Shown here piece after piece: positions 1-11,151 of a stretch of 64,000 bases of DNA. The stretch's first letter is position 1; every line of letters begins with the position of its first letter. The notes under the pieces are model-generated. The model ran no database searches. It was not told where the DNA came from and saw only the letters and a list, made by a program, of their open reading frames with translations. Location of the stretch: the NCBI GenBank assembly GCA_938084645.1, contig CALKEP010000054.1:1-64000 (forward strand). Direction: 5' to 3'. Origin of the DNA: an uncultured Phycisphaerales bacterium (GTDB lineage: Bacteria; Planctomycetota; Phycisphaerae; Phycisphaerales; SM1A02). The position numbers and the translations under genes are program-made.

Positions 1-2298
1 CATCTCGTAGAGCCGGAAGGTGTCGGCGCCGTAGTCCGCGATCACGTCGTCCGGATTGATCACGTTTCGAAGCGACTTCGACATCTTGGCCACGATTCGC
101 TCGACGGTCTCGCCCGTCGCGATCTCGATCGCCGGCCCGTCCTCCGACTCGCGGACTTCGTCGACCGGCACCAGTGATCCGTCCGTCCGCTTGAACGCGA
201 AGCTCGTGATCATGCCCTGATGGAAGAGACGACCCACGGGCTCGGGCGTCGAGACCTCCCCGAGATCGAAGAGGATCTTGTGCCAGAAGCGGGCGTAGAG
301 CAGGTGCAGCACCGCGTGCTCCGCCCCGCCGACGTAGAGGTCCACGCCGCCGACGTGATGCCGGGACGAGTCGAACGACTCCTCGCCGGCGACGGACGGC
401 TTCGAGCCCTCTCCACGCTCCGAGAGCATCCAGTACCGCTCCGATTCGCGGGACGCGAAACGCTCGCCGTTGCCCGGGTCGCAGTACCGCAGGTAGTACC
501 AGCAGGATCCGGCCCAGCCGGGCATCGTGTTGATCTCGCGCCGGACCGGGGTGTCCGGCGGAAGGACCGCGGGATCCACGCCCGCCTCGCCCGCGGTCGT
601 GCGGACCCAGTCGACGGCCTTCCCGAGCGGCGGCGTCGGCTCGTCCGACTCGATCGGTTCGTAATCCTCGAGATCGGGAAGGCGGACCGGCAGCGCGGCG
701 TCGGAGACGGGGTGGTGGTTGCCGTCGTCGTCGAAGACGACCGGGAACGGCTCGCCCCAGTAGCGCTGACGGCTGAAGAGCCAGTCCCGCAGCTTGAAGT
801 TGATTCGGCGACGACCGCGCCCCACGGACACGAGCCACTCGATCATCGCCGACTTCGCCGCCTCGGTGGCGAGGCCGTCGAGGGACACCGCGTCGTTCGC
901 GCTCGCGACGGCGACACCGCCGTCCGTCATCGCCTCGTCCCAGTCGTCGCAGGGGCCGACCGCGTCGACGGAGTCGGCGACGACCTGTCGGATCGGAAGA
1001 TCGAAGGCCCGGGCGAACTCGAAGTCCCGCTGATCGTGGGCGGGCACCGCCATGATCGCACCGGTCCCGTATCCCATCAGCACGTAGTCCGCGGTCCAGA
1101 TCGGGACGCGTTCGCCCGTCGCGGGATTGATCGCGTACCGACCGGTGAAGACGCCAGTCTTCTCCTTCGAATCCGCCATTCGATCCACGTCCGCGCGATT
1201 CCGGGCGGACGTCACGTAGGCCCCGATCGCCGGGTCCGCATTCGGGCCCGCCACGATCTCGTCGACCAGCGGATGCTCGGGGGCGACGACCATGTAGGTC
1301 GCGCCGAAGAGGGTGTCGGGGCGGGTGGTGAAGACGTCGAGCGTCTCCGCCCCCTCCTCCACCTCGAAGCGGACCAGCGCGCCGTCGCTTCGACCGATCC
1401 ACTCGCGCTGCATGATCCGGGTGGACTCGGGCCAGCGAATGAGATCGAGATCGTCGAGCAGCCGCTGGGCGTAGGCGGTGATTCGGAACATCCACTGCCG
1501 AAGCGGCTTCCGCACCACCGGATGACCCCCGCGCTCGCTGCGGCCGTCGATCACCTCTTCGTTCGCGAGCACCGTGCCGAGTTTCGGACACCAGTTGACC
1601 GTCTGCTCGCCGAGGTAGGCGAGCCGACACCCGTCGACGTATCGACGACGCGACTCGGCGTCCATCGCCGACCAGTCCAGTGGCTGCTCGTCGTCGTCGG
1701 TGGGAACCACCCCGCCCGAGGCGAGCCCCGCCTCCAGTTCGGCGATCGGCCGGGCGGCATCCACCCGCGGATCGAACCAGGAGCCGTACGCGCGCAGCCA
1801 GATCCACTGGGTCCAGCGGTAGTAGTCGGGATCGATGGTCGCGAACTCGCGGGACCAGTCGTAACTGAATCCGAATCGCTTCAACTGCCGACGGAAGTTG
1901 TCCATCGCGGCCTGCGTGGTCTCCCGCGGATGCACCCCGGTCTGCACCGCGTACTGCTCCGCGGGAAGCCCGAACGCGTCGAAGCCCATCGGATGCAGGA
2001 CGTTGTATCCCCGCATGCGCTTGTAGCGGCAGAGGATGTCCGTGGCCGTGTAACCCTCTGGATGTCCGACATGAAGTCCCGCACCCGAGGGGTACGGAAA
2101 CATGTCGAGGCAGTAGAACTTGGGGCGGGTCGGATCGAAGTCCGGGTCCCCGGGGTTCGGCGTGCGATAGACGTCGGTCTCGTCCCAGGCCGCCTGCCAC
2201 CGCTCTTCGATCGAGATGGCCATCTCGACGTCGTACCGGCTTCGCACCGATGCGTTCTCCTCCTGGGCGTCGCCGTCGAGATTGGTGGGCGTGGTCAT
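1..2298 (-). CDS. leuS: Leucyl-tRNA synthetase (3' end runs off the window)
   Basis: Minus-strand frame read by hand: [20 protein letters not shown] (HIGH motif) near 2060-2120 and [14 protein letters not shown] (KMSKS) near 50-92. ATG at 2298 is preceded by GGAGAAG. Missing from the ORF track because no stop lies inside the window. Confidence 0.97.
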   Translation of the reverse strand, partial: MTTPTNLDGDAQEENASVRSRYDVEMAISIEERWQAAWDETDVYRTPNPGDPDFDPTRPKFYCLDMFPYPSGAGLHVGHPEGYTATDILCRYKRMRGYNVLHPMGFDAFGLPAEQYAVQTGVHPRETTQAAMDNFRRQLKRFGFSYDWSREFATIDPDYYRWTQWIWLRAYGSWFDPRVDAARPIAELEAGLASGGVVPTDDDEQPLDWSAMDAESRRRYVDGCRLAYLGEQTVNWCPKLGTVLANEEVIDGRSERGGHPVVRKPLRQWMFRITAYAQRLLDDLDLIRWPESTRIMQREWIGRSDGALVRFEVEEGAETLDVFTTRPDTLFGATYMVVAPEHPLVDEIVAGPNADPAIGAYVTSARNRADVDRMADSKEKTGVFTGRYAINPATGERVPIWTADYVLMGYGTGAIMAVPAHDQRDFEFARAFDLPIRQVVADSVDAVGPCDDWDEAMTDGGVAVASANDAVSLDGLATEAAKSAMIEWLVSVGRGRRRINFKLRDWLFSRQRYWGEPFPVVFDDDGNHHPVSDAALPVRLPDLEDYEPIESDEPTPPLGKAVDWVRTTAGEAGVDPAVLPPDTPVRREINTMPGWAGSCWYYLRYCDPGNGERFASRESERYWMLSERGEGSKPSVAGEESFDSSRHHVGGVDLYVGGAEHAVLHLLYARFWHKILFDLGEVSTPEPVGRLFHQGMITSFAFKRTDGSLVPVDEVRESEDGPAIEIATGETVERIVAKMSKSLRNVINPDDVIADYGADTFRLYEM

Positions 2299-2364
2299 CG
2301 ATGCTTCTCCGGTCGTCGTGAGCCACGGGCCGTCCCCGCCGCGCCGATCCCACCATGATACGGA

Positions 2365-2392
2365 CGCCCGCCCCGAGGCATCGGGGCGGGCG
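2365..2392. terminator. GC-rich hairpin between folC and leuS (possible terminator or stability element)
   Basis: cgcccgccccga-ggca-tcggggcgggcg, perfect 12-bp stem; no U-tract. Confidence 0.4.
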
Positions 2393-2422
2393 ACGTGGAC
2401 TTCGCTTGAATCGACGGCGACG

Positions 2423-4150
2423 TCATCCCACCGGGGTGGCGGTGTCCTCCCGGGACTTCCGCAGCACCTCCAGATGCCTGGTCGTCTCACCGACCAGGTA
2501 GAAGCTCCCGGTGACGCAGATCAGGTCCTCGCGACTCACCGCACGGGCCGCGAGCTCGAGCGCCTCCTTCACGGATCCCGCGGTCTGACACATCTTCCCG
2601 CTTCGTTCCATGAACCGGCGGCGCAGTTCCTCGGGCTCCACGGCTCGCGTGTTTCCGGCGGCCTGCGTGAAGATGACCTTGTCGGCCCCGAGGCTCACCC
2701 GGTCGAGGAGCGCGTCGACGTCCTTGTCCTGGCCGCAGCCGAAGACGCAGACCATCGAGTCGTAGGGGACGTGGGCGCCGACGCATCGCATGAGCGCCGT
2801 CAGCGCGTCGGGGTTGTGGGCGCCGTCGACGAGGATTCGCGGGCGGTCCCAGACGAGCTGCATGCGCCCGGGGATCTCGGTCTCCTCGAGCCCTTCGGTG
2901 ACCACCGACTCCGGACACTCGAAGCCGATCGACTTCAGGTGATCCACGGCCGCGAGCGCCAGCCCGCAGTTGAACGCCTGATGTTCACCCGGCAGGGGCA
3001 CCGGGAGATGCTCCAGTCGGCTGGTCTCGGTGTAGAGGCAGACCCGGTTGTGGGGCCCGAGCTCCACGGTCGAGCAGAACCGGTTGCTGAACTCGATCTC
3101 CTTGTTCACGACCCGGATCGTCGTCCCGACGGACTCCGCCTTCTCCCGCAGCACGCGATCGACGTCTTCATGCTGCTCGCGGGTGATCACCGGGACACCG
3201 GGCTTGATGATCCCCGCCTTCTCCACCGCGATCTTCTCGAGGGTGTTGCCGAGGATCTTCGTGTGATCGAGCTGGATCTCCGTGATGACGGACAACACCG
3301 GCATGATCACGTTCGTGGAATCGAGTCGCCCGCCGAGTCCGACCTCGACGATCGCCACATCGACGGCCTGCGCCGCGAAGTGCATGAACGAGATCGCGGT
3401 GATCGCCTCGAAGAAAGTCGGACGTTCGCCGATCTCCGTCGCCGCCTTCGCAAGCGCCTTCATCGACTCCGTGAAGTCGTTCTTGGTGATTCGCTGGCCG
3501 TTGATGCAGATCCGCTCGCGAATGTCCACCAGATGCGGACTCGTGAATTCGCCGACGCCGTACCCGCACTTGCGGAGCATCGCGCTGATCATCGCGATCG
3601 TCGAGCCCTTGCCGTTGCTTCCCGCGACGTGAATCGCCCGGAACTGGTCCTGCGGATCGCCCAGCGCCGCGAGCAGGGCCCGCATCCGGTCGAGCTTGAA
3701 GTCACCGTTCTCGTCGTACTTGACGACTCGCTGCCGCTCGACGTCGGTGAGTTCGAGGATCCACCGAACCGCGGAGTTGTACGTGCCGATCCGGTCGACC
3801 CCACCGCTCCGGGCGGGCGTGACCGCCTTGGCCTCGGTGGCGGAGCCGGCGGCCTTCGCCGGGGACTTCTTGGACGCGGACTTCTTGGACTTGGACGCCG
3901 ACTTCTTCGACGCGGACTTCCTGCCCGGCGATGTCGCCGAGGCGGAACTCGTGCCGACGACCTCCTTCAGCGTGGTCTTCCTGGCGGTGGTCTTCTTTGC
4001 GGTCGAGGCCTTGGTTTTCGTCGTTCTGGAAGCGGTATCGGCCTTCTTGGCCCCGTCGTCCCCCGACGTCCGGTCGGAGGGGGTGGTGCTGCCCGAAGGC
4101 TGCTTCCCGGAGGGTCCGCCGCCACCGCGACGCGTCTTTTTCGTTGCCAT
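2423..4150 (-). CDS. folC: Folylpolyglutamate synthase/dihydrofolate synthase with Lys/Ala/Ser/Thr-rich N-terminal extension
   Basis: [40 protein letters not shown] and VTGSFYLVG motifs; about 115 low-complexity basic residues precede the catalytic domain. Confidence 0.95.
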   Translation of the reverse strand: MATKKTRRGGGGPSGKQPSGSTTPSDRTSGDDGAKKADTASRTTKTKASTAKKTTARKTTLKEVVGTSSASATSPGRKSASKKSASKSKKSASKKSPAKAAGSATEAKAVTPARSGGVDRIGTYNSAVRWILELTDVERQRVVKYDENGDFKLDRMRALLAALGDPQDQFRAIHVAGSNGKGSTIAMISAMLRKCGYGVGEFTSPHLVDIRERICINGQRITKNDFTESMKALAKAATEIGERPTFFEAITAISFMHFAAQAVDVAIVEVGLGGRLDSTNVIMPVLSVITEIQLDHTKILGNTLEKIAVEKAGIIKPGVPVITREQHEDVDRVLREKAESVGTTIRVVNKEIEFSNRFCSTVELGPHNRVCLYTETSRLEHLPVPLPGEHQAFNCGLALAAVDHLKSIGFECPESVVTEGLEETEIPGRMQLVWDRPRILVDGAHNPDALTALMRCVGAHVPYDSMVCVFGCGQDKDVDALLDRVSLGADKVIFTQAAGNTRAVEPEELRRRFMERSGKMCQTAGSVKEALELAARAVSREDLICVTGSFYLVGETTRHLEVLRKSREDTATPVG

Positions 4151-4228
4151 TCCCAGAGTGTAGCGATACCGCCGTTCAGGATCAAATCCGTGAGCGCAAA
4201 CCGCTGCAAAGAATGGACTTGTGGAATT

Positions 4229-5088
4229 CTACGCCCGCCGATCGGGGCGGTGCCGATAGAGGTGCATCGCATTGCCCGAGCCAAGGTCGATCTCGCCACC
4301 CGGGGCATTGAGAAGAAGCCTCCCCGTGGCCCCCAGAACCGCCATCCGTTCCATGCGAAGCTCGGGCAGGATGAGCAGCAGGGTCCTCGCCGCGATCCCC
4401 TGTCGCAATCGTTCGAAGTACTCGACGTCCATCCCTCGGATCGACTGTTCCGCGAGGTTCGCGTACCGCTGTTCGTCGGACTCCGATGCGATCGGCCACC
4501 GAGGATCGAGCGCATCGATCGTGACGTCCCGGTCGACCTTGTACAGATGGAGGTACTTGAACGCTTCGCCGCTCAGGTTGCAGACCACCTGGTCCGCTCC
4601 GAGCCCTCGGAACTTCCGCACGAAGCGCCGGGCCGTCTCCCGGACCGGCGCCGCGTAGATCTTGACCGCGTCGAGATCCCGACTCTCCGCCTTCAATCTC
4701 CGCTTGAGGAACTCCTCGAACAGTTCGCTTGCGATCCCGCGCATCCGGGAGACCCCGGGATAGACCATGACCACCGGCGTCTTTCGATCGATCGCGGAAC
4801 GGAGCAGTCGACACTCGGTGCTCTCCTTGCCGAGCCGGAGGAAACCACCGCGCAACGCGTCTTCGTGATCCTTCTCGTCGAAGACCTCGCTCCCGGACGC
4901 CGGTCGAATCTCGAGTGGTGAACGACCCGAGCCGTCGGGATCGAGCGCCCAGCCGGTCCGTTCGAGATTCACGACGGTGACGCTGCCGTCCGGCGTGCCG
5001 CGAATGAAGCTCCTGGATCCGGACGGACCTCGTTCACCCTCGTTCTTGCGTCCGAATTTCAGGAAGTCGAGCATCGATTGGCTTCTCA
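4229..5088 (-). CDS. Hypothetical protein (~285 aa; start uncertain)
   Basis: Globular-looking ORF, co-directional between hrpB and folC; no motif recognised. Confidence 0.7.
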
Positions 5089-5165
5089 TGCGGGGCCGAA
5101 AATCGCGTGGCGAAGTGTAACGGATGCGGTCTCGTGATCGCACATCCCTTTCCAGCCCCGGCGGC

Positions 5166-7646
5166 TCAAGGCCACGGGTGACGCGGGTAGCGGCGTCGGA
5201 GTTCCTTCCGGATTCCCGGATATGTGTTTGTCCAGAATCCCGCGAGGTCGTCGGTCACCTGCACCGGACGTGAATTCGGCGCGAGGATCTCGAGCACGAT
5301 CGGAACGCGACCGTCGGCGACCGTCGGGGTCCGCTCCAGATCGACCAGATCACCGATTCGAGCCGATCCGCGCGGTGGCTCGCCCCGGCGCCAGTCGATT
5401 CGCATCGTCCGCCCCCGCGGCAGTTGGATCCGGGTCGGCGCCATGCGATCCACGAATTCGAGATCCGACCAGTCCAGCGCCGAGCGAACGATCTCGAGAA
5501 TCCGCGCGGGCCCGGGCAGATCGGCGAGCCGATGCCGCCGGCCCACGATCTCCGCCCGCAGGACCTGCAGGTCCTCCTCACCGAACGCGGTGATGCCCCG
5601 GTCGGGAAACCAGTCGGCGACACGGCCCACCCGGTCGATGAAGGCCTCCACGTCCTCGGACCAGCCTGGAATCGTGACTTCGTCGCCCTCGATCGCCGCG
5701 AGGAGGCAGGACGCCGCCGCGGACCGCTCGGTTTCGCCGATGCCGAACCGCCTCTCGTCGATCCGCTGCTCGTCGAAGGTCCGTGCCTCGATGCGTTCGA
5801 CCCTGCCGTGCTCGGCGTCGAACGCGAATCGACTCTCGACGCCGAATCGGCCGCCCATCACCGACTCGACGAGCGTCCGGTCGATCGCGGTCGCGAGTTC
5901 GAGGACGGTCGTGTCCCGACCTCGATGACGGGCACCGCGAATGGTCGAAGCGATCAGGAATCCCTCGCCCCGGACGATGCTTCCTCGACCGAGCACGACG
6001 TTCCGTCGCCCCGGAAGGACGCACTCGTCCCGGCTTCGATCACGTCGATACGCGATCCGATCGGGAAACGCGGCGATCAGCGCCTCCACGATCGCGGCGA
6101 TCTCGTCGGTCTCCCCACCCACCCTTCCGTCATCGTCGCGAACGCGCCCCACCAGCCGCTCCAACTGACGGGCGGCGTTGATCGCATCCGACATCGCGCC
6201 GGGATCGATCCCCTCACCGCGACGTTCGCCCGCGAGGACCAATCGGGCCCGCGCGATCAGATCGCTTCGAGGATCGCCATCGGCGAGGACGGCGGCGAGC
6301 GACGCGGCGGACGCCCGCGGTGCGACATCCCGTTCCCCGAGGATCGCCGCACAGGCGGCGGCGAGTCGCCCTCCCGCGCGACGCCCTGCATCGAGCAGGA
6401 ACCGACCCACCCGTGGTGGAACCGGGAGCGATGCGATCCGGTGACCATCCTCCGTCGTCTCGCCGTCCCGCAAGGCGCCGATGGATTCGAGGACCGCGTC
6501 CGCGTGGGTCGCCGCGAGCGGCTCGGGTGGATCCAGCCAGGGGAATGCATCGGGACGGAAACCCGCGACCCGAAGCCGGAGAAACGGGCCCGCGAGATCC
6601 TCCCGTCGGATCGCCGGGGCCTCGTGCGGATCCCGCCGGAGAAACTCGGACTCGGTGTAGAGCCGTCGACATCGCCCGGGTCGCACGCGGCCCGCCCGAC
6701 CCGCACGTTGGACCGCGGACGCCCGCGACACCGGCTCGGTGACGAGCCGGTCGAGGTCACGCTCTCGATCGAATCGCGCGATCCGGGCGATACCCGAGTC
6801 GATCACCGTGGTGACCCGGGGGATCGTGATCGACGTCTCGGCGATGTTGGTCGCGACCACGATCTTTCGCCGGCCGTTCCCGGAGACCGCCGCATCCTGG
6901 GCCGCCGCAGGCAGCCCGCCGTGGAGTGGAAGAACCTCGCATCCGGCAGCCACCCCGCGACAGGCGGCGATGGTGCGGTCGATCTCGAAGCGGCCGGGCA
7001 TGAACACGAGCAGGTCGCCCTCGTCCGCGGGATCGCGCAGCGTCTCCCGCACCGCCTCGGCCGCGAGATCCCAGATCGGCTCGGCCGACGGGGCCCGCCG
7101 ATGGTGGATCTCGACGGGGTGGATCCGACTCTCGATCGTGAAGATCTCGGCATCGAGCGCCTCGCCCACGGTCCCCGCATCGAGCGTCGCGCTCGAGACG
7201 AGGACCCGGGCCCCGCGTTCTCGCAGGATCCCGAACAGGAGATCGGCGTCGATCGATCGTTCATGGAACTCGTCGAGCACCACGAGATCGCCGGGACCGG
7301 GGCCGTGCGCCGAGAGCATTCGACGAAGCAGAAGACCCTCGGTGAGATAACAGAGCCGGGTTCGATCGCCTTCGCGACGTTCGGTGCGGGTGGCGAAGCC
7401 GACCTCCCCACCCAGCTCGACGTTCCGGATCGAAGCGACCCGACGCGCGAGCATCCGCGCGGCGAGGCGGCGAGGCTGGGTCACGAAGATTCTTCCCGAA
7501 AGCCGGTCGAGCAGAGCGGACGGAAGGGCCGTGCTCTTGCCCGTTCCGGGTGGTGCCACCACCACCGCACGACCACCCGCGTCGACCACGGAGGCGATGC
7601 CCGGTGCGGCGGCGATCGCCGGCAGGGGTTCCTCCGGGTCGGTCAT
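5166..7646 (-). CDS. hrpB: ATP-dependent helicase HrpB
   Basis: APPGTGKST, QPRRLAAR, LDEFHERS, SAT, ATNIAETSITI, QRAGRAGR; HrpB-type C-terminus RPVQVTDDLAGFW...RRYPRHPWP. Confidence 0.95.
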   Translation of the reverse strand: MTDPEEPLPAIAAAPGIASVVDAGGRAVVVAPPGTGKSTALPSALLDRLSGRIFVTQPRRLAARMLARRVASIRNVELGGEVGFATRTERREGDRTRLCYLTEGLLLRRMLSAHGPGPGDLVVLDEFHERSIDADLLFGILRERGARVLVSSATLDAGTVGEALDAEIFTIESRIHPVEIHHRRAPSAEPIWDLAAEAVRETLRDPADEGDLLVFMPGRFEIDRTIAACRGVAAGCEVLPLHGGLPAAAQDAAVSGNGRRKIVVATNIAETSITIPRVTTVIDSGIARIARFDRERDLDRLVTEPVSRASAVQRAGRAGRVRPGRCRRLYTESEFLRRDPHEAPAIRREDLAGPFLRLRVAGFRPDAFPWLDPPEPLAATHADAVLESIGALRDGETTEDGHRIASLPVPPRVGRFLLDAGRRAGGRLAAACAAILGERDVAPRASAASLAAVLADGDPRSDLIARARLVLAGERRGEGIDPGAMSDAINAARQLERLVGRVRDDDGRVGGETDEIAAIVEALIAAFPDRIAYRRDRSRDECVLPGRRNVVLGRGSIVRGEGFLIASTIRGARHRGRDTTVLELATAIDRTLVESVMGGRFGVESRFAFDAEHGRVERIEARTFDEQRIDERRFGIGETERSAAASCLLAAIEGDEVTIPGWSEDVEAFIDRVGRVADWFPDRGITAFGEEDLQVLRAEIVGRRHRLADLPGPARILEIVRSALDWSDLEFVDRMAPTRIQLPRGRTMRIDWRRGEPPRGSARIGDLVDLERTPTVADGRVPIVLEILAPNSRPVQVTDDLAGFWTNTYPGIRKELRRRYPRHPWP

Positions 7647-8380
7647 GCCCCGGGCGGCTTCGCGAGGTGCACGCGGAGATCGTCCAGGAAGCGGATGATC
7701 TGCCCCTGTTCCCTCGGCGTGCTTGCGACCTCGATGTCACTCTGCCAGAAGCCCATGAACCGCTCCGCGTCGCGACCGTCGAACCCGGGCATCCGTCCGG
7801 GATCCCGCTCCCGCGTCATGTCGCGACGGGCATCGGCGCGGATCTCGTCGGCGCGTTCGGCGTCGTCCTTCCCCGAGTCACGGCCCATCATCTCCTCGGC
7901 GGTCCGTTGCCAGCCCGCCATCCAGTCGTCGAGATAGGCGGCGCGATCCCCCTCGGCGACCGCGAAGTAGCCTTCGGCGCCGTCGAGCAGGACGTCCTTC
8001 GCGAGGGTTCGCGCGTTCTGTCGCATCTGTTCGCGGGTCGGACCGGTGAGGCCCGCGAGGAATGCCGCCATCGACGCCGATTCCTCCTGTGCCATGCCCT
8101 GGAAGCGAACCGCGAACTCGCCGAGATACCGCATTCGCTCCTCGACGCTCATCGCGTTGAAATCATCGAGCGCAAGGTAGCCGAGCACGTCGTCCACGGG
8201 CGAGTCGAAGATGCTCGGAGGCGGACGCCACTGCGCGTTCCACCACATGCCGGCGGCGATCAGGACGATCAACGCCAGAAGCCCTCCACCCGCGGTGATC
8301 GCGAGGCGTCGCTCGCGACCGTCGATGAACTCGAGAAACCGATCGTGGAGATCGTCGACGGTGCTGGTGATCGCGTTCAT
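7643..8380 (-). CDS. Hypothetical single-pass membrane protein
   Basis: N-terminal TM helix (LAITAGGGLLALIVLIAAGMWW) then a helical region; ATGA overlaps with both neighbours. Confidence 0.75.
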   Translation of the reverse strand: MNAITSTVDDLHDRFLEFIDGRERRLAITAGGGLLALIVLIAAGMWWNAQWRPPPSIFDSPVDDVLGYLALDDFNAMSVEERMRYLGEFAVRFQGMAQEESASMAAFLAGLTGPTREQMRQNARTLAKDVLLDGAEGYFAVAEGDRAAYLDDWMAGWQRTAEEMMGRDSGKDDAERADEIRADARRDMTRERDPGRMPGFDGRDAERFMGFWQSDIEVASTPREQGQIIRFLDDLRVHLAKPPGA

Positions 8381-9072
8381 CCGTCGTCCTCCATCTCGGC
8401 GAAGGTCTCACGCATCTGGGCGACGCTCCCGTCGTTGAAGAGCGCGTTGCGGGGCACCAGGTCGCCGACGGGGTGCCGATCCTGGCTGTCCATCAGCATC
8501 GGCAGACGACGGCCCGCTTCGTGATCGAAGATCCCCAGCAACTCCCTCGATTCGAGATCGCGACGAATCCGTTCCAGCTGGGCGGGATCCCACTGGCCGC
8601 TCTCGAGGTAGGGAATGAGGGCCTGCCCGACCGCGATCTGCACCTGCGGTGCGTACCGCAACAGACCGGGGACGTACAGGTAGCTGGTCCCCGTGGAGGT
8701 GCTCTCGGGATCCGTGTCCGCACCACACACCCAGCAGGTGCAGTTCCGGTCGATGTAGCCCTCGAGGACCTCGGGCAGCCCCCCTTCGGTCTCGCCGTCG
8801 CCGACCACGGCGGGGAGCGGTTCGCATGAGGGAATGCGGTCGCCCATGTTCGCGCGGTAGGCACTGAGGGCCAGTCCCAGTTCTCGAAGCGTCGTCCGGC
8901 ACTCCGTCGACCTGGCCTCCTCCCGCATCACGCGAAGGGTCGGCACGGTGATGCCGACCAGCAGCGTGATGATTCCAAGCACCACGAGGGTCTCGACGAG
9001 CGTGAAGCCCGATCGGCCACCGTGAAGCCCGGGATCGGCGAGACGGATTCTCCTGGCGAGGAACGGGCGCAT
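8377..9072 (-). CDS. Prepilin-type N-terminal cleavage/methylation protein with H-X9-DG-CTERM-like tail
   Basis: G|FTLVETLVVLGIITLLVGITVPTL type IV prepilin motif; C-terminal RH...RNALFNDGSV, typical of planctomycete prepilin-like families. Confidence 0.85.
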   Translation of the reverse strand: MRPFLARRIRLADPGLHGGRSGFTLVETLVVLGIITLLVGITVPTLRVMREEARSTECRTTLRELGLALSAYRANMGDRIPSCEPLPAVVGDGETEGGLPEVLEGYIDRNCTCWVCGADTDPESTSTGTSYLYVPGLLRYAPQVQIAVGQALIPYLESGQWDPAQLERIRRDLESRELLGIFDHEAGRRLPMLMDSQDRHPVGDLVPRNALFNDGSVAQMRETFAEMEDDG

Positions 9073-9225
9073 CGACCACCTTTCGAGTGCTGACGACGTC
9101 AAGAATACCGGCCCCCGCCCCGTGGGTTCCAGCAGAAGGTCATGAGTCGCTTCGCCCGGCCCGGATCCTCGGATTCGGCTCACGGCCCGGCTCCGGCCCC
9201 GGCCACCCGTCGTCGGGCGCGGAAA

Positions 9226-10173
9226 TCAGGGTTTTGCGGCGGATTCGGCCGTGGCGTCGAACATCGCGTCGATGAAGCCGTTCGCGTCGAAGGGCTGTAC
9301 GTCCTCGACCCGCTCTCCCACCCCGACGAGCTTGACCGGGACCTCGAGGGCGTCGCGAATCGCGACCACGATGCCACCCCGAGCCGTCCCGTCCAGTTTC
9401 GCGAGGAAGATGCCCGTCACCCCGACCGCCTCACCGAACACCGAGGCCTGCTGGAGCCCGTTCTGCCCGCTCGTCGCGTCGAGCACCAGAAGGACCTCGT
9501 GAGGCGCCCCGGGGATCTTGCGTTCGATGACCTCCCGGATCTTCACGAGCTGCCGCATCAGGTTCGCCTCGACATGGAGGCGGCCCGCGGTGTCGACGAG
9601 CAGCACGTCGGCCTTCCGTGCGAGCGCCGCATCGACGGCGTCGAACACGACCGCCGCCGGATCCGCACCCGCGGCTCCGCGAACGAGATCCACGCCGAGG
9701 CGATCGGCCCAGGTCGCCAGCTGCTCCACCGCACCGGCGCGGAAGGTGTCCGCGGCCGCGAGCACGACGCTTCGCCCCTCCTGACGAAGGGTGTGGGCGA
9801 TCTTCGCCACGCTCGTGGTCTTTCCCACGCCGTTCACGCCCACCACGAGCACCACGGTCGGCCCGGGTTCGGCGACCGCGATGTCGATCGGCGCGTCGTC
9901 CCATCGTCGCTTCAGGCGATCCTTGAGAAAATCGATCGCGTCTTCACCGCGTTCCAGCTCGCCGGCTCGGACGGCCGCTCGAAGTTCCTCGACGATCTCC
10001 GTGGACGCTCGGACACCGACGTCGGCGCCGATGAGCGCCGCCTCGATCTCGTCGATGACGTCGTCGTCGAGACGTCGACCCGAAAGCAGGGAGCGAAGCC
10101 CACCGCCCAGGACCGTGGCGGTCCGGGCGAGGCCTTGCCGGACCGCACCGACCGCCTTCCGGAAGAACCTCAC
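9226..10173 (-). CDS. ftsY: Signal recognition particle receptor FtsY
   Basis: GVNGVGKTT, DTFRAGA, DTAGR, KLDGTARGG, GVGE; GTG start overlaps the nusB stop (GTGA). Confidence 0.96.
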   Translation of the reverse strand: MRFFRKAVGAVRQGLARTATVLGGGLRSLLSGRRLDDDVIDEIEAALIGADVGVRASTEIVEELRAAVRAGELERGEDAIDFLKDRLKRRWDDAPIDIAVAEPGPTVVLVVGVNGVGKTTSVAKIAHTLRQEGRSVVLAAADTFRAGAVEQLATWADRLGVDLVRGAAGADPAAVVFDAVDAALARKADVLLVDTAGRLHVEANLMRQLVKIREVIERKIPGAPHEVLLVLDATSGQNGLQQASVFGEAVGVTGIFLAKLDGTARGGIVVAIRDALEVPVKLVGVGERVEDVQPFDANGFIDAMFDATAESAAKP

Positions 10174-10574
10174 GGCGTTTCCTCCCGCATCACCTTGTCG
10201 AGCAGGGCGTTGACGAAACCGGGCGACTTCTCGCCGCCGAATTCCTTCGCCAGCTCGACGGCTTCGTTGATCGCGGCCCGAGGTGGCGTTCCACCCCGTC
10301 GGATCTCGTAGAACGCGAGTCGGAGGAGGTTGCGATCGACCATCGGCTGGCGGTTGATCGGCCAGTCGGGCGACAATCCGAGGATGATCTCGTCGCTTTC
10401 GTCCCGGAACTCCCAGGCGAGGTTCGCCAGCGCGAAACCCTTCTCCCGCGCGGTCTCCGAAGCGCCCGAGCCGTCGAGCGTCGCACGGACCGCATCCAGA
10501 TCGTCCAGCGCGCCCGCGTCGAACTGATACATCACCTGCAAGGCGCATCGGCGGGCTTCACGGTCGTACTTCAC
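10170..10574 (-). CDS. nusB: Transcription antitermination factor NusB
   Basis: REARRCALQVMYQ, DRNLLRLAFYE, AINEAVELAKEFG...FVNALLD; canonical ribH-nusB order. Confidence 0.95.
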   Translation of the reverse strand: MKYDREARRCALQVMYQFDAGALDDLDAVRATLDGSGASETAREKGFALANLAWEFRDESDEIILGLSPDWPINRQPMVDRNLLRLAFYEIRRGGTPPRAAINEAVELAKEFGGEKSPGFVNALLDKVMREETP

Positions 10575-11053
10575 GCGCTTCCTCCGGCACGAATGGCCCC
10601 CGCGATTCGAGCCGCGGTGATGGCGGCGGTCATCGACTCGACGCCCTTGTCACCCCGATCGCCACCCGACCGGGCCCGGGCCTGGTCGATGTCGTTGCAG
10701 GTGATCACCCCGAAGGCCGCGGGGCGTCCGTGACGAGAGGACAACGCCGCGAGCTCGTGCGCGACCGCGCCGTTGATCCACGCGTCGTGACTCGTCTCCC
10801 CACGGATCACGCAGCCGAGACAGACCACCGCGTCGAATCGACCGGTCTCCAGCGCGACCGAGGCGAGTCCCGCCAACTCGAAGGCGCCGGGACTGTCGAA
10901 GACCTCGAGCATGCCGGGAGCGCCGCCCGCGGCCTCGAAGGCCGACCGAGCGCCCTTCTCGAGGGCATCCGTGATCTCCGTGTGGTAGCGACTGACGAGC
11001 ACCGCGACTCGGAGATCGGCGGCGTCGGCGATGATGGTGTCGGAACGGGTCAT
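10571..11053 (-). CDS. ribH: 6,7-dimethyl-8-ribityllumazine synthase
   Basis: PGAFEL, VCLGCVIRGETSH, FGVIT, DKG motifs. Confidence 0.95.
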   Translation of the reverse strand: MTRSDTIIADAADLRVAVLVSRYHTEITDALEKGARSAFEAAGGAPGMLEVFDSPGAFELAGLASVALETGRFDAVVCLGCVIRGETSHDAWINGAVAHELAALSSRHGRPAAFGVITCNDIDQARARSGGDRGDKGVESMTAAITAARIAGAIRAGGSA

Positions 11054-11151
11054 CGAGGCGATTCCTGAGTTCGCGGTGCGAGAGCGTCCGGGCGTCGGAT
11101 CCGGACCCCCCATCGTACGTCAAGCCGCCTCGATCGGTAGCATCGCCAGCG

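Noticed and set aside
220..2358. 712-aa plus-strand ORF
   Set aside because: Antisense shadow of leuS, whose HIGH and KMSKS motifs are on the minus strand; long shadow ORFs are expected at this GC content.
2216..4921. 901-aa plus-strand ORF
   Set aside because: Antisense to folC and its neighbour; no motifs.
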